Part shown: piece after piece, positions 7,871-16,516 of the stretch | Position numbering within the stretch: position 1 is the first letter of the stretch | Layout of the letters: the number at the start of each line of letters is the position of its first letter | Assembly (NCBI GenBank): GCA_964569225.1 | Contig: CAZMTU010000001.1 | Coordinates: forward strand, 2,422-66,421 | Length of the DNA stretch: 64,000 nucleotides | Direction of reading: 5' to 3' | Source: an uncultured Lachnospiraceae bacterium | GTDB lineage: Bacteria; Bacillota; Clostridia; Oscillospirales; CAG-272 | The notes under the pieces: model-generated | The model's input: the letters and a program-made list of their open reading frames with translations, nothing else | Databases searched by the model: none | Told to the model about the DNA's origin: nothing | Made by a program: the position numbers and the translations under genes

Positions 7871-10093
7871 ATGAAGCTGAACAGGCGATATGCCCGGAGC
7901 ATCCGGGAAAATCTGTCATTTTACATATCCGCCGCCGTACTGACGGTGGCAACGCTGCTGATGTTTTATCTGTTTAATATTGCGGGAAACGCAATCCTCG
8001 AATTTTCGGCTGATTTCTATCCGGCGCACCGCCTTGAAGACGCAAACTTTACAACCTATTTGCCCATCCCCGACGGGGTGCTCGCGGAGCTTGAAACGGA
8101 TTATAACCTTACGTTGGAGGAAGAACACTACCTCAACATTCAAACCGACGGAACAACGGCACGAATATTTAAAAAAACAGACAAAATTGACCTTTATGAA
8201 ATAACCGAAGGCACGGATGTTAAAAGCGATGATGAAATTATCATTTCCGAGGGCTATGCGGTCAATATGGCGGTTCATCTTGGAGACAGCTTGAAAATTG
8301 GGGACAAAACATATACAGTTGCCGGATTTTTTCAACGCCCCGATTACCTTTATATGCTGGAAAACGAGGATGATTCTTATAAAAATATTTCCACCTTTTA
8401 TCTTGCCTATATGACAGACAGCGCGTTTGAGGCGCTGGGCGACAGCGGCTTTCACTATCTCGTGCGCTACAATGAGGACAACAGCACCGATTTCCGCAAA
8501 GCCGTTCATGAGACCTACATCATGCGCAGCTATTTGTCCAAAGAAGAAAATCCCCGTATTACGATGGTGGATACGCAGGCACAGATGTTTATTGTCATGT
8601 CCTATGTGATTCTATGCGTTTTGCCGCTGATCGCGGTGGCGCTGGTCAGTATCATTATCAGTCGGAAAGTCAAAAGCGAACAGCGGATGATCGGGACGCT
8701 TTCGGCGCTTGGTTATAAAAAAAGGCAGCTTATGCGTCATTACGCCGGCTTTGCCGCGCTTCCCGGACTGACCGGCGGTATTCTAACAGCGGTTTTATCG
8801 GCTATCCTTGCGCAGCCCTACAGCGAACTGGGGCTGCAGGATTATGAACCGATGCGTGTTCACGGCCATTTGAATCCGTTGATTGCCGTACTGGGCATTA
8901 TTGTTCCGACGGCAATGTATGTCATCGCCGCCCTGTTATCGGTCAGACGGTTACTTCAAAAAGATACGGTTTTGCTGCTTGCCGCCAATGCCGACGCATC
9001 AGACAAAAAAAGAAAGCGGATATTGGCGGACAAAAAAATGTCTTTCAGAAAAAAATATGCCATTCGTTCGGTAATCGGCAATCCAATGCGCAGCTTTGTG
9101 GTGCTGCTTGGCGTTTTTCTCGGTTGCTTTATCATGCTGTTCGGTTATGCGGTATTCGACTCGATACAGGCTATGATGGATACCGCGTCTGATACATTGG
9201 GCAGCTACGAATACCAATATATACTCAGTGAATTAATGGAGGAGAATCCTTACGGCGGCGAAAAGCTGCTGGTCGCATCAGCGGAAGACGCGAACGGCGC
9301 TGCTTTGACGCTGCTGGGAACCGAAACAAGCAATCCGTATTTAAATTTTCTTGATGAAAGCGGAAATAAAGTGGATATTGGGGATAAGTACTATATTACT
9401 TCCCTATATGCTACAATTCACGGTTTACAGGAGGGCGACAGTATCACCCTATATAATCCGCTGTCCATGGAAAAAAAGGAGATCATTATCAGCGGTATTT
9501 TACAAAATGATACAATGAAAGCCGTTTTTACATCGCTTGACAATACGGCAGAAATTATCGGCGTAAAGGCAGGTGTATACAACGCGCTGATAAGCGACAG
9601 GAAGTTGGATATTCCGCAGGAAAAGATAGCGAAGGAAATCCGGAAGTCTTCGCTCAATGAGCAGATGCAGACCATGCTCGATCAAATGGGGATTATGATC
9701 GTTCTTATGATCGTACTTGGCGTGATAATTTGTATTGCCTCCATTTATGTGGCGATCAATATGCTGGTGACCGAAAACCGAAGCAGCATTTCTATGCTTA
9801 AGGTGCTCGGTTACAAGGATCGACAAATCGACCGAATTGTGCTGGCTGCCAACCATATTTTCCTTCCGATCGGAATTCTGCTTTCGATTCCGGCCGCTTA
9901 TGCCGTATGCGCCACCTTTTACCGGTCGTTCGCGGATATGTTCAGTATGCTGATAACCGCGTCAATTGCTCCGAAAAGCTATGTCATATCGATTCTTCTG
10001 ACTGCTGCCAGTTATTTTGCTTCCTTGGCGCTCGCCCGCCGAAAGGTTAAACGGGTAGATATGATCGAAAGTCTGAAGGATAATAGAGAATAA
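7871..10093 (+). CDS. ABC transporter permease with two FtsX-type modules
   Basis: 740 aa. Each TM1 is followed by a large extracytoplasmic domain, then a 3-TM FtsX-like block (residues about 250-370 and 620-740). Adjacent to the ATPase. Confidence 0.85.
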   Translation: MKLNRRYARSIRENLSFYISAAVLTVATLLMFYLFNIAGNAILEFSADFYPAHRLEDANFTTYLPIPDGVLAELETDYNLTLEEEHYLNIQTDGTTARIFKKTDKIDLYEITEGTDVKSDDEIIISEGYAVNMAVHLGDSLKIGDKTYTVAGFFQRPDYLYMLENEDDSYKNISTFYLAYMTDSAFEALGDSGFHYLVRYNEDNSTDFRKAVHETYIMRSYLSKEENPRITMVDTQAQMFIVMSYVILCVLPLIAVALVSIIISRKVKSEQRMIGTLSALGYKKRQLMRHYAGFAALPGLTGGILTAVLSAILAQPYSELGLQDYEPMRVHGHLNPLIAVLGIIVPTAMYVIAALLSVRRLLQKDTVLLLAANADASDKKRKRILADKKMSFRKKYAIRSVIGNPMRSFVVLLGVFLGCFIMLFGYAVFDSIQAMMDTASDTLGSYEYQYILSELMEENPYGGEKLLVASAEDANGAALTLLGTETSNPYLNFLDESGNKVDIGDKYYITSLYATIHGLQEGDSITLYNPLSMEKKEIIISGILQNDTMKAVFTSLDNTAEIIGVKAGVYNALISDRKLDIPQEKIAKEIRKSSLNEQMQTMLDQMGIMIVLMIVLGVIICIASIYVAINMLVTENRSSISMLKVLGYKDRQIDRIVLAANHIFLPIGILLSIPAAYAVCATFYRSFADMFSMLITASIAPKSYVISILLTAASYFASLALARRKVKRVDMIESLKDNRE

Positions 10094-10107
10094 GAACGGT
10101 AGACGGT

Positions 10108-10899
10108 ATGGAAAAAATCAATATACAAGGCGTACCGGAAACGATGCTGCAAACGCTCTATGCCCGCGCCGCCTATTCTGAACAAAAAGGGCATCTATTT
10201 TATGACGCCAAAGCAATTGAGCTTGTTTCGCGCATAGATTACAATTTCACACACGCGGCGAGTGACGCCATGATGTCCAACGGCGTCATTGCCCGAACGG
10301 TTCTGCTGGACCGCATGGTCTGTGACTTTATCAAAATGCATCCGGACGGAACGGTGATTAACATTACCTGCGGACTGGACACTCGGTTTTATAGGGTCGA
10401 TAATGGGAAAATACGCTGGTACAATCTCGATCTTCCCGAAACAGCCGCTCTTCGCGAACGGCTGCTTCAGGAATCCGGACGGATATCCGTGATTGCAAAA
10501 TCAGCTATGGACGGCACCTGGGCTGATGAAATAGAGCCGCCCAAGGACAAAACGCTGGTACTTATTGAAGGTCTTGTCATGTATCTGACCGAACCGGATG
10601 TAAGGCAGATCCTATCGATCATCGACCGCCGCTTCACGGAGGCGGAAATTATCATGGAAATAATGAATCCGTGGGTTGTGAAGCACATGAAGGAACGTTC
10701 CATTGAGTCAACCGGTGCGAAATTCACTTGGGGACTGAAATCCGGCAGGGCACTGAAGCCGATAGCGCCAAACCTCACTTGGATAAAAGACGTTAGTTTG
10801 GCGGAAGGAATGAAGCTCATTTACCCGGCTTACCGGCTATTCGGATGGATTCCGGCAGTTAAATCCATCTCAAACAAGCTTGTCCTATTGAAAAAGTAA
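10108..10899 (+). CDS. SAM-dependent O-methyltransferase (leucine carboxyl MT / TcmP-like family)
   Basis: N-terminus GVPETMLQTLYARAAYS and INITCGLDTRFYR resemble the LCM/TcmP family, judged by eye. Confidence 0.7.
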   Translation: MEKINIQGVPETMLQTLYARAAYSEQKGHLFYDAKAIELVSRIDYNFTHAASDAMMSNGVIARTVLLDRMVCDFIKMHPDGTVINITCGLDTRFYRVDNGKIRWYNLDLPETAALRERLLQESGRISVIAKSAMDGTWADEIEPPKDKTLVLIEGLVMYLTEPDVRQILSIIDRRFTEAEIIMEIMNPWVVKHMKERSIESTGAKFTWGLKSGRALKPIAPNLTWIKDVSLAEGMKLIYPAYRLFGWIPAVKSISNKLVLLKK

Positions 10900-10908
10900 A
10901 GTGAAACG

Positions 10909-11109
10909 GTGAAACATGAAAAACAAACCGGTGACGGCGAACAGAAAAAAGCGCTATGCCTGCTGCTATCTGCCGTATTCATCTACATGCTGATTACCAT
11001 AGGGATTGTGCTCGTTTACAGACAGAATGGCGTCAGTAATACAGTCAAGAAAATTGTACAAAACGGGTACCTATCTGCTGCTTTTGGCATTATCACTAAT
11101 GCTGATTAG
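10909..11109 (+). CDS. Small TM ORF, possibly the detached N-terminus of the downstream CPBP protease
   Basis: GTG-start 66-aa ORF with one TM (ALCLLLSAVFIYMLITIGIVLVY). It overlaps the next ORF in another frame. An ATG at 10916 opens frame 2 (MKNKPVTANRKK) just before an A6 run. Confidence 0.3.
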   Translation: MKHEKQTGDGEQKKALCLLLSAVFIYMLITIGIVLVYRQNGVSNTVKKIVQNGYLSAAFGIITNAD

Positions 11110-11536
11110 ATTCTCAAAGAAACCGCCGGCGCACTTCGGACTGTTTTTTCGAAAGCTGCCAATGCAGATAATGACCGGCGCCGCTATCGGGGCAGGACTG
11201 ACCGTGCTTATGATGATCTTCGGAAGCTTCCCAGCCTTTCCGAACCGCTTTGCATATATTCTGTTCAGTCAGCTTCTGGTGGGACTATCCGAGGAAACCT
11301 TCTGGCGCGGGTTTGTATTACAGTCGGTCTGGGATATTTCAGCCTCGAAAGACCAAGCGATATTCTTCTCCTCACTACTGTTCGGGCTCAGCCATTTCCC
11401 CATAGGCGGAAGCGTCGCGCAGGTAATAGCCGCCTTTCTGATCGGTATTCTTCTCGCCGTACTGCGTACTGAATTTAAGGAAACGGTAGGCATTCCCGCT
11501 GTTGCGGTGGGACATGCTATTTCCAATATATTTTAA
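11006..11536 (+). CDS. CPBP-family intramembrane glutamic endopeptidase (Abi/CAAX-protease-like); N-terminus uncertain
   Basis: Motifs LSEETFWRGF (EExxxR), FGLSHF and HAISN. See the frameshift finding. Confidence 0.7.
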   Translation: MCSFTDRMASVIQSRKLYKTGTYLLLLALSLMLIRFSKKPPAHFGLFFRKLPMQIMTGAAIGAGLTVLMMIFGSFPAFPNRFAYILFSQLLVGLSEETFWRGFVLQSVWDISASKDQAIFFSSLLFGLSHFPIGGSVAQVIAAFLIGILLAVLRTEFKETVGIPAVAVGHAISNIF

Positions 11537-11555
11537 TAAATAAGGGAGCAGACTT

Positions 11556-12191
11556 ATGAAAGACTATGAAGCGCTTTCCAAAAAGCATTTTAATGAGCAG
11601 GCGGCAGAGTATGACGCCAGAAATACTGCCTACTATTCCAAATATCCGAAGCTGAGCTGCAAAGATGCAGCCAACCGTCTGCAAAAAATAACCTATAGCA
11701 GTCTGCTGGATGTAGGATGCGGAACAGGATATCTCATCGGGCTGCTGCGAAAGCAGAAACAGGCGGCGTATTACGGTTTAGATCTGTCGCCGGAGATGCT
11801 GAAAATGGCGCGTGCAAAATTTGATAATACCGTTGTACTGACAGAAGGCTCGGCGGATTGTCTGCCTTATGCCGACGGTACCTTTGACGTGGTGACCTGT
11901 ATCCAAAGCTTCCATCACTATCCCTATCCCGAAAAGGCAATGTCAGAGGCATATCGCGTGTTAAAGCCGGGCGGACTGTACATGCTTTCCGATACTGGCA
12001 TGGGTGGATTGATGAAGTGGATATACAATCATCTTTTACTGAAGATAGCCAGTTCTGGCGACTATGCTGTTGCGTCCCGAAAAGATATTGAACGCATGAT
12101 GAAAACAGCCGGCTTTCAGATTGCCGATGCACATCAAGTATCTAGGGTTATCTATACGGTTACAGGAAAAAAGCCGTCAAAAAAAAGTTAA
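11556..12191 (+). CDS. Class I SAM-dependent methyltransferase (UbiE/Methyltransf_11-like)
   Basis: LLDVGCGTGY motif I, DVVTCIQSFHHYP, VLKPGGLYML. AAGGGAG RBS. Confidence 0.85.
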   Translation: MKDYEALSKKHFNEQAAEYDARNTAYYSKYPKLSCKDAANRLQKITYSSLLDVGCGTGYLIGLLRKQKQAAYYGLDLSPEMLKMARAKFDNTVVLTEGSADCLPYADGTFDVVTCIQSFHHYPYPEKAMSEAYRVLKPGGLYMLSDTGMGGLMKWIYNHLLLKIASSGDYAVASRKDIERMMKTAGFQIADAHQVSRVIYTVTGKKPSKKS

Positions 12192-12216
12192 GCTGAGAAA
12201 AATTTCCGAAATAGTA

Positions 12217-12245
12217 TTGACAAATACCTACAGATATGCTATGAT
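12217..12245 (+). promoter_or_regulatory. Sigma-A promoter: TTGACA, 17-nt spacer, TGcTATGAT
   Basis: TTGACA at 12217-12222 and TGCTATGAT at 12237-12245. Confidence 0.6.
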
Positions 12246-12251
12246 AAATGC

Positions 12252-12269
12252 AGTTAGCTTGATCTAACC
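12252..12269. promoter_or_regulatory. Operator AGTTAG-N6-CTAACc (site 2a), overlapping the predicted start
   Basis: AGTTAGCTTGATCTAACC immediately follows the -10. Confidence 0.4.
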
Positions 12270-12309
12270 GCGTTTATTATAGCGGGTATGATTATTTTTT
12301 AATTTCTTT

Positions 12310-12327
12310 AGTTAGTTTAGACTAACT
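12310..12327. promoter_or_regulatory. Operator AGTTAG-N6-CTAACT (site 2b)
   Basis: AGTTAGTTTAGACTAACT. Half-sites are identical to site 1 at 4380-4397. Confidence 0.5.
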
Positions 12328-12366
12328 TAAAGGCATTGTAAAACATTTAAAGAAAGGATTCCATGT

Positions 12367-12654
12367 ATGAGTGTTGTAATTGTAGGCGGAAACGAAAGAA
12401 TGGAATGTCAGTATGCAGATATATGTAAAAATTACGGCTGCAAGGCTAAAATTTTTACAAAAGAAAACGGTTCCCTGAAAAAGAAAATGGGATGTCCTGA
12501 CTTACTGATTCTGTTCACAGGAACGGTATCTCACAAAATGGTAATCAGCGCCGCGCAGGAAGCCAAACGAAACAATGTTCCCATCGCTCGCGTACACACC
12601 AGCAGTGTTGCGGCACTTCACAGCGTTCTTTCAGAGCATTTCGCGGCAAACTGA
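12367..12654 (+). CDS. DUF2325-like small protein
   Basis: 95 aa: MSVVIVGGNERMECQYADICKNYGCKAKIF...LILFTGTVSHKMV. This resembles the DUF2325 family from memory. AAAGGA RBS with 8-nt spacing. Confidence 0.65.
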   Translation: MSVVIVGGNERMECQYADICKNYGCKAKIFTKENGSLKKKMGCPDLLILFTGTVSHKMVISAAQEAKRNNVPIARVHTSSVAALHSVLSEHFAAN

Positions 12655-12910
12655 TCGAATTAGCTGTAGTTTGACTGAGCGCGCTTTTGATCTGATACCT
12701 GAAATTCCGCATGACAGCTGCATTCTTTCCGCTTTCGGCGGCTGCCAACAACCCTATCCCTGAAAGCAGTCAAAAAAACGGAACGGTTTCTGCGCGGTCT
12801 CTCAAGGATCAATCAGCGCTTTAAAAGCAAGACAGGCGCGCTTCGCGTTCATAACGGTTTAGCATATATTTATATATATATAAATTTTATAGAAAAGAGG
12901 GTTTACAAAT

Positions 12911-13333
12911 ATGAGTAAAATTGCAGTGGTTTATTGGAGCGGTACCGGAAACACCGAACTGATGGCGTCAAAGGTTGCGGAAGGCGCAGCCGCGGCTGGC
13001 GCGGAGGTTACTTCCTTTACCGCCTCACAGTTTAGCGCGGATCTGATGGACCAGTTTGACGCGATCGCGTTTGGCTGCCCTTCTATGGGGGTAGAACAGT
13101 TGGAGGACAGCGAGTTTGAACCGATGTTCACCGGCTGTGAACCAAAGCTCAGCGGAAAAAAGATTGCGCTGTTCGGTTCCTACGGCTGGGGAGACGGCGA
13201 ATGGATGCGCAACTGGGAAGAAACCTGCACCGGCGACGGCGCCGTATTTGCCTGCGACAGTGTCATCTGCAATGACGCGCCTGATGCGGATGCGGAAGCC
13301 GCCTGCATTGCGCTTGGAAAAGCATTGGCATAA
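12911..13333 (+). CDS. Short-chain flavodoxin
   Basis: MSKIAVVYWSGTGNTE FMN-phosphate loop and GSYGWGDGEWM. Confidence 0.9.
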   Translation: MSKIAVVYWSGTGNTELMASKVAEGAAAAGAEVTSFTASQFSADLMDQFDAIAFGCPSMGVEQLEDSEFEPMFTGCEPKLSGKKIALFGSYGWGDGEWMRNWEETCTGDGAVFACDSVICNDAPDADAEAACIALGKALA

Positions 13334-13374
13334 TTATATATTTCATAAATAAGAGGACGCATTATGCGCCCTCT

Positions 13375-13540
13375 TAGACTGAAGATAAAGCCCAATTAGC
13401 GCTTTTTTCTTTGGAGGTTTACTCCAACCGCTTATTAAGGGAGCTTTTTAAAAAAGTTCCCTTAATAACCTTCAAAAACGCTTGAATACTGACTTGCTTC
13501 TATGTTTTAGATTGTAAAACATAAATTTATCTACACTTTA
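13375..13540. repeat. Intergenic repeat module 'beta', copy A
   Basis: Alignable by eye with 28623-28770 (same orientation), and with 52958-53112 and 57455-57600 (inverted). Approximate edges. Confidence 0.7.
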
Positions 13541-13756
13541 AGCGCGCGCTTTATACCGCTTCTTAAGATGCAGACAAAGCTAAATTGGGACTTTTTGTCT
13601 AAAATTTTACGCTAATCGAAGCTTTATTTACCCCCTAAAAGCTTCTAAAAAGCTATAGGGTATGCGCGGCGTGCTTTGCCTTTGCTTTTACAGGCATACA
13701 AAGCGTCCGCCAGTGGGTTCTAAATCCGTTTGACCCGCTGAAACAATTAAAAACCG

Positions 13757-14527
13757 CTAACAAGCTGTACTTGTTTGCCCTGTCAGATCCTTAATGACCT
13801 CTCCGGCAATGATCAGCCCTACTACCGACGGCACAAAAGCATTGCTGCCGGGTACCTGCCGGCGCTGCGTACACTTGCGAGCGGTTCCGGGCGGGCATAT
13901 ACAGTGTGATTTGCAGCTAATCGCCGCATCTTCATAGGGAATGATCGGTTTTTCTCTGGAATAGACCACCTTCAGGCGGTCTATTTTTCTTTTTCTCAGT
14001 TCATACCGCATAACTCTTGCCAGCGGGCAGACTGAGGTTTCATAAATATCAGCTACTTCAAACGCGGTAGGATCCAGCTTATTTCCGGCGCCCATTGAAC
14101 TGATAATTTGCGTTCCGGCTGCTTGGGCATTCACTGCCAATGCGATCTTACCGGTCACCGTATCTATAGCGTCAATAATGTAGTCATATTCATAAAAATT
14201 AAACTGACCGGCGGTTTCGGGCATGTAAAAGGTCTTGTAAACGCGCACTTTTGCGTCCGGATTGATTTCGGCGATCCGTTCTGCCGCTACATCAACTTTA
14301 TACCTGCCTACCGTTTTCCGGGTAGCGTAAAGCTGTCGGTTAAGATTAGTCAGGCATACCTTATCATCGTCAATCAAATCGACAGCGCCTATTCCGCTGC
14401 GGATCAGTGCTTCGGTTGCATAACCGCCTACACCGCCGATCCCAAAAATCGCTACCCTTGAGGAGGCCAGCCTTTGCATAGCTTCCGCTCCTAAAAGAAG
14501 CTGCGTTCTGGAAAACTGATTCAGCAT
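13757..14527 (-). CDS. tcdA: ThiF/MoeB-family E1-like enzyme, TcdA (tRNA t6A dehydratase)-like
   Basis: FSRTQLLLG...VAIFGIGGVGGYATEAL...DDDKVCLTNLNRQ. Start moved to the ATG at 14527 (GGGG RBS, 8-nt spacing). The track ORF starts at the GTG at 14536. Confidence 0.8.
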   Translation of the reverse strand: MLNQFSRTQLLLGAEAMQRLASSRVAIFGIGGVGGYATEALIRSGIGAVDLIDDDKVCLTNLNRQLYATRKTVGRYKVDVAAERIAEINPDAKVRVYKTFYMPETAGQFNFYEYDYIIDAIDTVTGKIALAVNAQAAGTQIISSMGAGNKLDPTAFEVADIYETSVCPLARVMRYELRKRKIDRLKVVYSREKPIIPYEDAAISCKSHCICPPGTARKCTQRRQVPGSNAFVPSVVGLIIAGEVIKDLTGQTSTAC

Positions 14528-14553
14528 TCGATTCACCCCTGCCTTTTTATGTC

Positions 14554-15294
14554 TTATTCAAACAGCCTGCTGAAGAAATAAGGAAGCTGCTTCTGCCACC
14601 AGCACCAATCATGGCTGACGTCGTTTCCCCAATAATCTACCCAAGCCGGAATGCTTTTTTGCCGAAGGATCTGATCCATATGGCGGGTGCCCGCAAGCAA
14701 TTCATCTTCCCAAGCGCCCTGTCCGACGCAAAGAATGATCCGGCTTTGCCGATAAAGCGTCATATAAGGGTGATCTTCGGGCATCCCCTGCAAAAAATGA
14801 ACAGGCGAATTATCGTATACCAGCGGCTCCATGTAGCTGTGGAAAAAGTAGGAAGCGTCAAACAGCCCGCTGAGCGAAACAATAACGTCAAACAGATCGG
14901 GACGGCGAAAGAAAAAGTTGCCTGAATGGACGCCGCCCATACTGCACCCGGTGACGATCGCTTTGCCGGTACTGCCGGTCAGCGCTTTGACTCGCGGAAC
15001 CAGCTCCTCGGTGATATAACGGAACCAATGCTCGTGCAGCAGAATCCGTTCATGAGGGTCGCCGCCCTCGTAAGACCATGTTTCATTGTCAATGCTGTCC
15101 GGACAGATTAGTGCCAGTCTGCCGCTCTCGATCCAGGGCGAAAGGGTATTCACCATTCCGAAGTTTTCAAAATCAAAAAATCGTCCGTCCTGAGGAGGAA
15201 AGGCAAAACAGAGCTTTCCACTGCTCCCATAGAGCTTGAATTCCATTTCCCTGCCCAAATTCTGACTGTATTCCTTAAAATATCGGATATTCAT
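14554..15294 (-). CDS. Esterase-family alpha/beta hydrolase (PF00756-like)
   Basis: GCSMGG nucleophile elbow and esterase-D-like layout. ATGA overlap with the upstream ATP-grasp gene. Confidence 0.8.
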   Translation of the reverse strand: MNIRYFKEYSQNLGREMEFKLYGSSGKLCFAFPPQDGRFFDFENFGMVNTLSPWIESGRLALICPDSIDNETWSYEGGDPHERILLHEHWFRYITEELVPRVKALTGSTGKAIVTGCSMGGVHSGNFFFRRPDLFDVIVSLSGLFDASYFFHSYMEPLVYDNSPVHFLQGMPEDHPYMTLYRQSRIILCVGQGAWEDELLAGTRHMDQILRQKSIPAWVDYWGNDVSHDWCWWQKQLPYFFSRLFE

Positions 15295-16499
15295 TGCCTA
15301 TCCTCCGCAGACTTTTTTTCGTGAATAAATCGGATAAACGCCAATGTTTCCTCCAAATCGGCGGCATGGGCGGTATACATCTGATTGCCCATAGAAGGGA
15401 CCATAATTTCAGGCATTCGCTCGCACATTACTATCCGATCGCCGTATTTTGCCAAGATTTCCTCATGAGTGTGTGCATAGATGTAAATATCCCGCCGGCT
15501 GGCATAGACGCAGTAATGATCTTCCTGCCGGTCAGGCAGCAAACGTCTGTCAGCCGTGACCATATCTGCCCAAATTTGATAAACGTCAGTGGAATGCGCA
15601 TAGTTCATCATGTCGGGCGTATAGCCGCCTGCAGGCCGCATGTTGACCTCCAGCCCAACGAAATCACCCGCTTCGCCCAGTCCTGCCCTTGCCTTGGTCA
15701 GACGGAAAAATTCCAAATGCACGAACCGGCTCTTTACATTGAACGCCCTGACAGTAGCCCGCCCCGCCTTTTGCAGCGCCTCCGGCAGCTTGGCTGCCGT
15801 ATAGTAGGCTAAATCGATCTGACGGTTTACAATATCCATTATGGAAGGCGGCCAAACAGTCATCGACTCAAATAAAGGATTGCAGGTACTGTCAGTAATG
15901 GCGTCATAAGAGCAGATATCCCCCTCTACAAATTCCTCCATTACATAAGCCGCGGCAGGCAAATCCGCAAAAAAGCGTACCAGATCGGCGTCATTTTCCA
16001 GCTTATAGGTATGAGTAGCCCCAACGCCGTTATCCGGCTTCACGATGACAGGATACCCCACCTCCGCAAGAAACGCTTCAGCCGCCGCCTGAGTAGTGAC
16101 CTTATGACATCTTGCCGTCGGCACACCTGCCAGCGCATAGTACTGCTTCATTGCAAATTTGCTTTTGTATTTGCCGACCTCGTCAAGCGAGGCGCCGGTA
16201 GTGATATGAAAATCAGTCCGCAGCCGCGCGTCCTGCTCCAGCCAATATTCATTGTTAGATTCCAGCCAGTCGATCCTTCCGTATTTAAATGAAAAAAAGG
16301 CGACCGCGCGGTAAACCTGATCGTAATCTCCCAGATCGCTTACCCAATAGTATTCGGTCAGCGCCGCCTTCAGATGATCCTCCAGCATATCATAGGGCGC
16401 ATCTCCAATCCCCAGCACATTTACACCGCTTTTCCTCAGTCGTTCACAGAAATTCCAATAGGTGTGGGGAAAGCTGGGTGAAATAAAGATAAAATTCAT
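15291..16499 (-). CDS. ATP-grasp domain carboxylate-amine ligase, substrate unknown
   Basis: VIVKPDNGVGA, EEFVEGD, and GLEVNMRPAGG (the E-x-N metal site) are characteristic of the ATP-grasp fold. Confidence 0.8.
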   Translation of the reverse strand: MNFIFISPSFPHTYWNFCERLRKSGVNVLGIGDAPYDMLEDHLKAALTEYYWVSDLGDYDQVYRAVAFFSFKYGRIDWLESNNEYWLEQDARLRTDFHITTGASLDEVGKYKSKFAMKQYYALAGVPTARCHKVTTQAAAEAFLAEVGYPVIVKPDNGVGATHTYKLENDADLVRFFADLPAAAYVMEEFVEGDICSYDAITDSTCNPLFESMTVWPPSIMDIVNRQIDLAYYTAAKLPEALQKAGRATVRAFNVKSRFVHLEFFRLTKARAGLGEAGDFVGLEVNMRPAGGYTPDMMNYAHSTDVYQIWADMVTADRRLLPDRQEDHYCVYASRRDIYIYAHTHEEILAKYGDRIVMCERMPEIMVPSMGNQMYTAHAADLEETLAFIRFIHEKKSAEDRQ

Positions 16500-16516
16500 C
16501 TGATTACTTCCTTTGT

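Noticed and set aside
12363-12428. Overlapping 21-codon Cys-rich ORF (MYECCNCRRKRKNGMSVCRYM) starting 4 nt before the DUF2325 start
   Set aside because: The RBS spacing of 4 nt is poor, while the spacing is optimal for the DUF2325 ATG at 12367. Most likely a frame artefact.
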